A stretch of 52,455 nucleotides of DNA from Macrostomum lignano. Lineage: Eukaryota. The notes beneath the pieces were generated by a model that made no database searches, was not told the DNA's origin, and was given only the letters and a program-made list of their open reading frames with translations. Positions 25,801 to 37,952 of this stretch are shown piece after piece. A program made the position numbers and the translations under genes. The stretch covers positions 1-52,455 of the forward strand of contig NIVC01004265.1 of assembly GCA_002269645.1 (NCBI GenBank), in the 5' to 3' direction. Numbering within the stretch: position 1 is the stretch's first letter; every line of letters starts with the position of its first letter.

Positions 25801-28800
25801 TCGATGGGAAATTCAAATGAAGGCACCATTGATAATCTCCAACAGAAACCTCGATGACAACCTCAGAAGGAAAAAACCCGATGTGAATCTCTCATAAGTA
25901 AGGCAAAACCCGATGTGAATCTCTCATAAGTAAGGCAAAACCCGATGTGAATCTCTCATAAGTAAGGCAAAACCCGATGTGAATCTCTGAGTTGCAACCC
26001 GAAAAAGCCGCATTGGAAATTTGTTTCAAAGTATTTGCATTTGAATATTTGGGAAAAAAACGTATAGTGTGCCCGAAAAGGGCCGTTTTTAATAGTTTCC
26101 AGACGTTTTCACCACGAGCCAATGCTTGATTTTGTAATCAAGGGAATTCAGCCGGAAAAACTTGGCTTACGTGACTGCCGCTGGTCAGGTTGTCCATCAA
26201 GCTGTCCGGCCAGGCGACGCCGTCAACTGCGAGCTCCTCCAACGTCTGCAGGCTGGCCAGTTCGGGTGGCAAAGTTCTGAGCGGCAGCTGCGACAGCCGC
26301 AGAGTCCGCAGGTGCCGCAGGCGGCCCAGGCTGGCCGGCAGGGCGGCCATGGGGCAGCAGTCGATGGTGAGGGTCTCCAACGGACTGTCCGGCTTCCACG
26401 AATCCGGCAGGGTGGCCAGCTTCGTGGCCGAAAAGCTGAGACTCTTCAAATTCGGACAGGCGGCCGCGGCGTCAGCGGATTCCAGGTCGCATTTGGTCAC
26501 CTGCAGATTTGATGCTTTTCTAAGTTAATAGATAACTTCTGCGAGTTTTATGCTGCTAAGCTACTTCCAACTAAGTAGTATTGCTTTTTGGGAAGATGTT
26601 TACAAACCATTTCTAATACTAAAACTACTGTTTAAGTGACCTAGGATAAATTATTTGACTATAATATCAAAAATCGCTTGAAGAAGACTGAACTTAGGCA
26701 GTAGAGCCGTTAGTTTAGCATTAGCTTTCATGCCCAAAAAAACTAATGCTAAACGCAGAAATTTCATTTTGAAGTTGCTAATGTTGTCTTGTGTCCGCAC
26801 GTCACTACTTATCACCACTTGCTGTGTAAGTAGTAAGTAATAACCGGTAAACTGGTTCGATTCCACGCGCGGCCACGTTAATTTGGGGCTTGTGCGGGGG
26901 TTGCCGTGCGATGCACACCCCATGAGGGCCAACCCCCAAGGCACAGAGAGTGTACATGCCTGACGGTTAGAAAGTCAGGGCCGCTGTACACCCTGTGTGA
27001 GCGTGTGTGTGAGTGCGTGCCTGCGTACAGTGTTGGCGCACTTGCATTTGCTCAGGAGTCAGCGGGATGGGCCGAACTCAGCCCTGGTCGCAGCCCTCCC
27101 TGTGAATATTTGTGAAGCTCAGGACCGGACCGAGAACCCGGGCTGCTCACCTGCAGGCTGCGCAGGCGGCCAGTGGGCAGCTGCCCGGCCGGACCGAGGC
27201 TCCTCAACCCGGGCAGGCGGATGAGCGCCAAGGTCTCCAGGCAGGTGAGCTCCGTCAGGCTGGCCGTGTCCGTCAGCCGCGTCGAGGCCATCAGGCGAGC
27301 CGAGCGAACGCATTCGGCGTATGGCCGCAGCGCGGCGGACACCCCGCCGGCCGGGTCGGCCTCCAGCGCCTCGTCTAGCAGGCCCTCGGTCAGGCACAGC
27401 AGGTGGGCCCGGCAGGCGGCCGGGGCCAACCGGCCGGCAGCGTACAGCTTGTCCGGCTGGGTGGCTGGCGGCGGGGTCACGTAGGCCGCCATCAGCTGCT
27501 GCACCAGCTGCCGCTGCTGACTGTCCACCTCCGGTTCGCTGGAGGATGCGGCGTCGGCAGCTGCGGCGGTGGCATCTCCGGCGGCGGGGGCAGCGGCAGC
27601 AGCGGCGTGGCCAACTGAGCTGACGGAGTGCCAATGGGCTGCCGAGTAGCCGCTGAGCAGGTGCTGACGGACCGCGGCCTCGATCCACAGACGGGACTGC
27701 AGCAGCTCCTGGCTGAGGGCCGATGCAGCCGCTTCGTCGGCGTCGCCTCCCGGAGCCAGCAGCTTGTGCGACGGAATCGCCAGCTGAGGATTGCGGAGTT
27801 TTGATGGTGATTTTCATAGGCATTAAAAGTCCTTATAAGCGCCATTGTTCAACTCCTGACTTACCCGATTCCGCAGCAGTTGGCGGATAGCCGGCTGAGC
27901 GCTCTGGTGGCACTCCAGCGCTGATGTCATTGAGTGCCCGATGCCGGCGGAGTCTATGAGGTGCACCTCGGTTGGGCCTGAGGAGTGCGGTGCAGTTTTG
28001 CTGGGGTTGTACACAACGACTATCCCATCAAGACACACAACAGCCGCACAATGTCTATCCCATCAAGACACACAACAGCCGCACAATGACTATCCCATCA
28101 AGACACACAACAGCCGCACAATGACTATCCTATCAAGACACACAACAGCCGCACAATGTCTATCCCATCAAGACACACAACAGCCGCACAAAGACTATCC
28201 CATCAAGACACACAACAGCCGCACAATGACTATCCCATCAAGACACACAACAGCCGCACAATGACTATCCCATCAAGACACACAACAGTCGAACAAAGAC
28301 TATCCCATCAAGACACACAACAGCCGCACAATGACTATCCCATCAAGACACACAACAGCCGCACAATGACTATCCCATCAAGACACACAACAGCCGCACA
28401 AAGACTATCCCATCAAGACACACAACAGCCGCACAAAGACTATCCCATCAAGACACACAACAGCCGCACAAAGACTATCCCATCAAGACACACAACAGTC
28501 GAACAAAGACTATCCCATCAAGACACACAACAGCCGCACAATGACTATCCCATCAAGACACACAACAGCCGCACAATGACTATCCAATCAAGACACACAA
28601 CAGCCGCACAAAGACTATCCCATCAAGACACACAACAGCCGCACAAAGACTATCCCATCAAGACACACAACAGCCGCACAAAGACTACCCAATCAAGACA
28701 CACAACAGCCGCACAAAGACTATCCCATCAAGACACACAACAGCCGCACAAAGACTATCCAATCAAGACACACAACAGCCGCACAATGACTATCCCATCA

Positions 28801-31800
28801 AGACACACAACAGCCGCACAATGTCTATCCCATCAAGACACACAACAGCCGCACAAAGACTATCCCATCAAGACACACAACAGCCGCACAATGACTATCC
28901 TATCAAGACACACAACAGCCGCACAATGACTAGCCCAACTATTCGCTACTCACCGCTGCAGCACATCAGGTGGGCCCGCAGCTGCTCCGGCCGACCCAGC
29001 TCGGCCAGTCCCAGCCGGTGCAGTCGGCCAGGCTGCGGCAGGAACACCCACAGGAGGCCGCCGCCAACGTTGGATCTGGTAGCTCCGGACAGCAGCGAGC
29101 TGACCGTGCTGAGGCCGAGTCCGGCCACTGTCCGGTGGCGGAAGAACTGGCAAGAGTGGCCGTACAGAAACGACTCGTTGCTAATAAATTTGTGCCGCGA
29201 TTTCCGGTTCCAGTTGCCAAGCGCGTTCGGACTGGGAAATCTGGGCAGCAGGACCTCGGGATTCGCCAGCGATGCAGCTGCGGAGAATCCAAATTATGGG
29301 GCGCTGGCTTTTTTGGAATTGGCAACAATATGGTAGATTGATAATATACTCATTTTTCTTAACTACAAAACTTAAAACAGCAATGATTAATCAATTTAAC
29401 TAGAAATTAATTGTCAAATGAACCGGTAGAATGTCTTCTGGGATAGGAAAAAAGCAGTCCAACAGAGGATCAAGGATGGGACAGAAAGCAGCCCAACAAA
29501 AGATCAAGGATGGAGCAGAAAGCAGCCCTACAAAATATCAAGGATGGGACAGGCAGCAGCCCAACAAAGGATCAAGGATGGGACAGGCAGCAGCCCAACA
29601 AAGGATCAAGGATGGGACAGAAACCAGCCCAACAAAGGATCAAGGATGGGACGGAAAGCAGCCCAGCAAAGGATCAAGGATGGGACAGAAACCAGCCCAA
29701 CAAAGGATCAAGGATGGGACAGACAGCGGCTCATCGTGTCGCACTCACCGCTCATGCTGACCAGATCAGCGAGCTGAGGAGACTCCAGATTAGCGGAGTC
29801 CAGCTTCACTTTGGTGGCGCTGGCATTCAGCACGCTCAGCGACTTGATGCTGACCTCCTTGTCGTCGACTTCGGTCACTCGGTACAGCGCCCGGTCTCCC
29901 GAGTTGCTGTTCTCAGTGTAGCGAAGCCAGTGACCCCGCTGCAGACTGCTTGAGAAGTTTAGCGCCTGATAATAAAACAAAATTATTTTGGTACAGCCAC
30001 ACATTACAGGTGAGACAGGTAGCCACACACTGGGATACAACAGGTGAGACAGGTAGCTATGCACTGGGATACAACAGGTGAGACAGGTAGCCACACACTG
30101 GGATTCAACAGGTGAGACAGGTAGCTATGCACTGGGATTCAACAGGTGAGACAGTTAGCCACACACTGGGATACAACAGGTGAGACAGGTAGCCACACAC
30201 TGGGATACAACAGTTGAGACAGGTAGCCACACACTGGGATTCAACAGGTGAGACAGGTAGCCACACACTGGGATACAACAGGTGTCTCTCACCGGAAAAT
30301 TCTCGGCCCTAACGTGCAGCGCCGCCATCGCCTTCCTGTTGAATACGAGCGACCAGCCGCGCCTCGGCACCAGCAGCCTGTTCAGCGGCACCCCGCTGTC
30401 CAGAACCTCCAGCAGGTCGCACGGGCCGCCAGCCTGCCTGGCATTCTCCTCCGTGAATGGCACCGCAAACAGCCGGCGCTGATGCTGGGAGCCGGCGGCC
30501 GCCAGCTCGCTGGGCGTCAGCAGGCGCAGCTGAACTTTGTGCCTTTGCTGCGACTCGCCGTAGCCGCTGACCACCACCTCCACCGTGTCGTGGCCCTTCA
30601 GACTCTTGTCCGCCTCCGCCATCTCAGACACCTGGCCGGAAGCGGCTGCCCGGGCAGCGGCCGCACCGTGCAGTGGCGCCAGCACCCGGATGCACACGAA
30701 GCGCTGGCCGTCTTTCCGGCTGGCGTTCACGACCAGCTCCCGCTCAGCTTTGTCGTCTTCATCCGCGTCGCTGTTCGCCTCGTCTTCCTGCTCTTTCTGT
30801 TCCCCTTTGCCGCCGCCGCCCTTCTTCTTGAATGTCAGGGCGGCCGCTTTGCCACCGCCGCCTTTGCCTTGAAACTGGGGCGCCCGCTTCTCCTCAATCG
30901 AGCCGAGCATCTCCAGCAGCGACTGCCAGGATGACTCGGACTCGCTCTGTGCCGATGCGGAATCTCCGCTGGCGGCCCTAGTAACCAGGTGGCAGCGCAC
31001 CGAGCCGCTGCTGATAACTCGAATCTGAGTCGGCTCCGAGGTGCGTAGCTCGATCATGAGCAGGCCGGAGAGCACGCCGGAGATGCCTCGGTTGCCGCCG
31101 CGGAGCCCAACCGACTGCACGTGGCAGGGCAGCTCGAGCTGCGGCCACACGCTGGCCAGCTGGTAGCGCACCGAGTCGAACGGCTCCCGCTCCTGGCCGC
31201 TGTCTTCGCTGCCGACGGCACCGGCCACAGCTGCCGAGGTCTCCGCCGCTGCGGGCCTCCAGGCGGCCGAGTCCACCAGCTGGACGATCTCCCCGGGCGA
31301 GTGCATCCCGACGCAGGCGAAGAAGCCTCCGGCGGGCGGTTCGACTGGCTCGCTGGACACCTCGACGAAATCGCCGACGCCGCGGCGATCAAGCGAGAAG
31401 ATGCAGCGCAGGCGGCCGGACACCGGCTTGAGTTGGCAGCGCACCTGACAGCCTGGCAGGGAGGACTCGGCTGAGAACGGCTCCAGCCTGCGGGTTGACT
31501 GGCCGCTGCTCAGGAAGAGGCTGCCAGGTTGAGCAAGGTAAAGAATTAGAATTCATAAAATTGAATGTCTCACTGAGTTGGAAAGTACGAATTGAGGCAG
31601 AAAATAAGGGAGAAAGACGCGACAACGGAGCAGGACGGCAAGGTGAAGTGGGTTTCGGGTGAGGGGTTTCGGGTGAGGCAGGACTGTGGTGGGTGTCAGG
31701 TGAGGCAGGATTGGAGTGGTTGTCAGGTGAGGCAGGATTGGGGTGGGTGTAAGGGTGAGGCAGGATTGGGGTGTGTGTAAGGGTGAGACAGGATTGGGGT

Positions 31801-34800
31801 GGGTGTCAGGTGAGACAGGATTAGGGTGGGTGTCAGGTGAGGCAGGATTGGAGTGGGTGTCAGGTGAGGCAGGATTGGGGTGGGTGTAAGGGTGAGGCAG
31901 GATTGGGGTGTGTGTAAGGGTGAGGCAGGATTGGGGTGTGTGTAAGGGTGAGGCAGGATTGGGGTGTGTGTAAGGGTGAGGCAGGATTGGGGTGTGTGTA
32001 AGGGTGAGGCAGGATTGGGGTGTGTGTAAGGGTGAGGCAGGATTGGAGTGGGTGTAAGGGTGAGGCAGGATTGGGGTGTGTGTAAGGGTGAGGCAGGATT
32101 GGGTGGTCAAGCCACACTGTTATCTTGTTCATTTGCTCAATAAAAACAGTATCTTTACTTTCTGTTTTTTTTCAGACAGAAAACGGATAAACGCTTAAAA
32201 AATGAAATTTAGTTGGACTAGCTGACTTACCCTCCATCGTCGCCATGGTAACCAATAGAACCAGCCCGCCAGCCCGGCTGCGAAGTTGTGTGATAGCCGA
32301 ATGGGACGAGGCCGATGCTGATTGTGCCCTCGGCTCCGCGGGATACGATTTCTGGTTTGTCATTTGTCAGTGTGTGTGTTGTTTTACTTAAGCAATCAAA
32401 ACAGCAGTAGACAAATTCTCATTTGAATGCTCACTGATAGTAAAGGTGTCGCTGCCTCCAGTAAGAGGACTCTGGCCAATCAGAAGGCCAACAGGCAACT
32501 GACTGCTTCTATCCCCCACGCAACTGTAGGCTAGTAGGCCCGCGTCCTGCCACAGGTAGCTGTTGGACTTGGCAGAGTAGTTGTAGCGGGGCATCTGCTC
32601 TGCTGATGACTGGGCGTCGGACAGTGATAAGTCTTCCGGCAGCTGGAAACCAATCGGGTGAGGCAGGATTGGGGTGGGTGTTGGGTGAGGTAGGATTGGG
32701 GTGGGTGTCGTGTGAGGCAGGATTGGGGTGGGTATTTGGAAAGGCAGGATTGGGGTGGGTTTTGGGTGAGGTAAGATTGGGGTGAGTGTCGGGAGAGGCA
32801 GGATTGGGGTGGATGTCGGGAGAGGCAGGATTGGGGTGGATGTCGGGAGAGGCAGGATCGGGGTGGGTGTCGTATGAGGCAGGATTGGGGTGGGTATTTG
32901 GAAAGGCAGGATTGGGGTGAGTATCGGGAGAGGCAGGATTGGGGTGGGTATTTGGAAAGGCAGGATTGGGGTGAGTGTCGGGTGAGGCAGGATTGGGGTG
33001 AGTGTCGGGAGAGGCAGGATTGGGTGGGTATTTGGAAAGGCAGGATTGGGGCGGGTGTCGGGTGAGGCAGGATTGGAGTGAGTGTCGGTCGAGGCAGGAT
33101 TGGAGTGGGTGTCAGGTGAGGCAGGATTGGGGTGGATGTCGGGAGAGGCAGGATTGGGGTGGATGTCGGGAGAGGCAGGATCAGGGTGGGTGTCGTGTGA
33201 GGCAGGATTGGGGTGGGTATTTGGAAAGGCAGGATTGGGGCGGGTGTCGTGTGAGGCAGGATTGGGGTGAGTGTCGGGTGAGGCAGGATTGGGGCGGGTG
33301 TCGTGTGAGGCAGGATTGGGGTGGGTATTTGGAAAGGCAGGATTGGGGTGGGTGTCGGGTGAGGCAGGATTGGAGTGAGTGTCGGTCGAGGCAGGATTGG
33401 GGTGAGCGTGGGGCCGTCAAGTAGAGGCAGCTGGGTCTTGCGTGGCTATGTAATAGTTGAATCTTGTACACCCAATCCGCTTACATTTGCCGGAGACAAT
33501 CTGAAGCTGATGTCAACAGAATAGTCAAGCGATTGTGGCTTCGACTTAAACTCGAGATCTATAAGTTTACAGCGATGTATTTCTATCAGTAGCAAGTAGA
33601 AATATTGTGAGCAAATTTCAAATCTGCAACCTACCCTTTTCTAGAACGTTAACTTCCGGATAGACTTGAATTAGGCCAGAAGTTGAGGTGCTGAAGACGA
33701 AAGTGGGGATAGACAAGTTTTGCATACAGCTCTGTTGCACCGATGTTTTCACTATTCGATCATAAACAAGGCCAAATTCTCACTCCTTCAGGCAGACGAT
33801 GAGCTCATCCTGAGCAATCAGCTGGTTCCGGCAGAAGGTGACCTCGGGCTTGGAAGCCGATTGCAGCGACAGCCGAGGACACAGCTCCACTGCCGGGCCC
33901 TGGAAATTATCAACTGGACAGTGTATTTTCATGGCGCAGTTTCGCTTTTCTAGCTTTCATCTTCTATGGATTTGATCTCAAAAAGCATTGGGTTTGGCCC
34001 TGAGCTTAGATATATAAATATGGAGGTCTGCGGGCACCCCGGCACAACAACAGTAGTAATAATAATGGGCAGATGTGCAACCGACAGCTCAGCCGCAGTA
34101 ATTGCGCGGCATCTGAAGGCTGCGTACGGCTGTTCAGTCCAAGGACTGGGGGTCGCCACACACCCTCAATTACCCCAGCTAATGCTGGCACCCATTTTAC
34201 AGCTGGGTGAACTGAAGCAATGCAGAGTTTAAGTGTTCCAACGTGGGTCGAGAATCGAACCCCCGACCTTACAGTCGTGAGTCCGACGCTCTGACCACTG
34301 GGCTACAACCCCCTCTTGGGCTCCATAAATTTGGAGAGTCAAATCCTCTTAAACGGCTAGCTGAGGCTGATTTTCTCCTACCTGATCGTCCAGTCGAAGC
34401 CGCCGCCTGCTCAAAGCCCGACGCAGGTCGCTGCCGCCGTCGCCGCCGGTGGACAAGTTGATGGAGCCGGGCAGCGCCCTGTTGGGGTGCACACAGGCGT
34501 GCAGCGCCCAGGCGGCGGCCACGCAGTCGGCGCAGACTCCGCAGGTGGCGCAGGCCCGCCGGACGGCCGGCTCGCACAGACAGCGGGCGACGCCGCCGAT
34601 GCCCGAGTCGATCCGATTGAAGCGGCAGGCCGGGCCGGCCCGGGCGCAGTTGCCGCACAGGACGCAGACGCTGGGGGCGTGGCCGGCCTCGGGCTGGCGG
34701 GGTCCCAGCTGTGCCGGCAGGTCAGCGACCGATTCTCTGAGATCCCGAAAAAATTGAGAGTTGGATTAAGTGGATTTTGAATAACAGAGGTTGATGGATT

Positions 34801-37800
34801 CAATGAGGCAGAGAAGCTGAGGGATTCAATGAGGCAGAGAAGCTGAGGAACTTGATGTGGCACCAGGTGAGGTCCTTGATGATCGAAGCACAAAAGCTTC
34901 TAGATTGGATGAGGCACAGAAGCTGAGGGATTCAATGAGGCAGAGAAGCTGAGGGACTTGATGTGGCACCAGGTGAGGTCCTTGATGATCGAAGCACAAA
35001 AGCTTCTGGATTGGATGAGGCACAGAAGCTGAGGGATTCAATGAGGCAGAGAAGCTGAGGGACTTGATGTGGCACCAGGTGAGGTCCTTGATGATCGAAG
35101 CACAAAAGCTTCTAGATTGGATGAGGCACAGAAGCTGAGGGATTCAATGAGGCAGAGAAGCTGAGGGACTTGATGTGGCACCAGGTGAGGTCCTTGATGA
35201 AGCACAAAAGCTTCTGGATTGGATGAGGCACAGAAGCTGAGGGATTCAATGAGGCAGAGAAGCTGAGGGACTTGATGTGGCACCAGGTGAGGTCCTTGAT
35301 GATCGAAGCACAAAAGCTTCTGGATTGGATGAGGCACAGAAGCTGAGGGATTCAATGAGGCAGAGAAGCTGAGGGACTTGATGTGGCACCAGGTGAGGTC
35401 CTTGATGAAGCACAAAAGCTTCTAGATTGGATGAGGCACAGAAGCTGAGGGATTCAATGAGGCAGAGAAGCTGAGGGACTTGATGTGGCACCAGGTGAGG
35501 TCCTTGATGAAGCACAAAAGCTTCTAGATTGGATGAGGCACAGAAGCTGAGGGATTCAATGAGGCAGAGAAGCTGAGGGACTTGATGTGGCACCAGGTGA
35601 GGTCCTTGATGAAGCACAAAAGCTTCTAGATTGGATGAGGCACAGAAGCTGAGGGATTCAATGAGCAGAGAAGCTGAGGGACTTGATGTGGCACCAGGTG
35701 AGGTCCTTGATGAAGCACAAAAGCTTCTAGATTGGATGAGGCACAGAAGCTGAGGGATTCAATGAGGCAGAGAAGCTGAGGGACTTGATGTGGCACCAGG
35801 TGAGGTCCTTGATGAAGCACAAAAGCTTCTGGATTGGATGAGGCACAGAAGCTGAGGGATTCAATGAGGCAGAGAAGCTGAGGGACTTGATGTGGCACCA
35901 GGTGAGGTCCTTGATGATCGAAGCACAAAAGCTTCTGGATTGGATGAGGCACAGAAGCTGAGGGATTCAATGAGGCAGAGAAGCTGAGGGACTTGATGTG
36001 GCACCAGGTGAGGTCCTTGATGAAGCACAAAAGCTTCTAGATTGGATGAGGCACAGAAGCTGAGGGATTCAATGAGGCAGAGAAGCTGAGGGACTTGATG
36101 TGGCACCAGGTGAGGTCCTTGATGAAGCACAAAAGCTTCTAGATTGGATGAGGCACAGAAGCTGAGGGATTCAATGAGGCAGAGAAGCTGAGGGACTTGA
36201 TGTGGCACCAGGTGAGGTCCTTGATGAAGCACAAAAGCTTCTAGATTGGATGAGGCACAGAAGCTGAGGGATTCAATGAGCAGAGAAGCTGAGGGACTTG
36301 ATGTGGCACCAGGTGAGGTCCTTGATGAAGCACAAAAGCTTCTAGATTGGATGAGGCACAGAAGCTGAGGGATTCAATGAGGCAGAGAAGCTGAGGGACT
36401 TGATGTGGCACCAGGTGAGGTCCTTGATGAAGCACAAAAGCTTCTAGATTGGATGAGGCACAGAAGCTGAGGGATTCAATGAGGCAGAGAAGCTGAGGGA
36501 CTTGATGTGGCACCAGGTGAGGTCCTTGATGATCGAAGCACAAAAGCTTCTAGATTGGATGAGGCACAGAAGCTGAGGGATTCAATGAGGCAGAGAAGCT
36601 GAGGGACTTGATGTGGCACCAGGTGAGGTCCTTGATGAAGCACAAAAGCTTCTGGATTGGATGAGGCACAGAAGCTGAGGGATTCAATGAGGCAGAGAAG
36701 CTGAGGGACTTGATGTGGCACCAGGTGAGGTCCTTGATGATCGAAGCACAAAAGCTTCTGGATTGGATGAGGCACAGAAGCTGAGGGATTCAATGAGGCA
36801 GAGAAGCTGAGGGACTTGATGTGGCACCAGGTGAGGTCCTTGATGAAGCACAAAAGCTTCTAGATTGGATGAGGCACAGAAGCTGAGGGATTCAATGAGG
36901 CAGAGAAGCTGAGGGACTTGATGTGGCACCAGGTGAGGTCCTTGATGAAGCACAAAAGCTTCTAGATTGGATGAGGCACAGAAGCTGAGGGATTCAATGA
37001 GGCAGAGAAGCTGAGGGACTTGATGTGGCACCAGGTGAGGTCCTTGATGAAGCACAAAAGCTTCTAGATTGGATGAGGCACAGAAGCTGAGGGATTCAAT
37101 GAGCAGAGAAGCTGAGGGACTTGATGTGGCACCAGGTGAGGTCCTTGATGAAGCACAAAAGCTTCTAGATTGGATGAGGCACAGAAGCTGAGGGATTCAA
37201 TGAGGCAGAGAAGCTGAGGGACTTGATGTGGCACCAGGTGAGGTCCTTGATGAAGCACAAAAGCTTCTAGATTGGATGAGGCACAGAAGCTGAGGGATTC
37301 AATGAGGCAGAGAAGCTGAGGGACTTGATGTGGCACCAGGTGAGGTCCTTGATGATCGAAGCACAAAAGCTTCTAGATTGGATGAGGCACAGAAGCTGAG
37401 GGATTCAATGAGGCAGAGAAGCTGAGGGACTTGATGTGGCACCAGGTGATGTTCTTGATGATCGAAGCACAAAAGCTTCTAGATTGGATGAGGCACAGAA
37501 GCTGAGGGATTCAATGAGGCAGAGAAGCTGAGGGACTTGATGTGGCACCAGGTGAGGTCCTTGATGAAGCACAAAAGCTTCTGGATTGGATGAGGCACAG
37601 AAGCTGAGGGATTCAATGAGGCAGAGAATCTGGGAGATTTATGGATTGGATGCGACAGAAGCTGGGTGATCCAATTAAGCAAACAAGCTAAAGGATTCAA
37701 TGAAGCAGTGAAGCTGGGGACTTGATGAGGCACGGGTGAGGTCTTTGATGAGACACAACAGCAACAACAACAACAGCAGCAAAAACAACAACAACAGCAA

Positions 37801-37915
37801 CAACCACAACAACAACAACAACAACAGCAACAACCACAACAACAACAACAGCAACAACAACAGCAACAACCACAACAGCAACAACAGCAACAACAACAGC
37901 AACAACAACAACAGC

Positions 37916-37952
<37 letters not shown>

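Noticed and set aside
34243-34313. Functional tRNA-Val(CAC)
   Set aside because: Anticodon and T stems do not pair properly, and it is followed by a SINE-like body and tail.
34790-37700. CRISPR-like regular array
   Set aside because: No unique spacers and no cas genes; eukaryotic intronic satellite.
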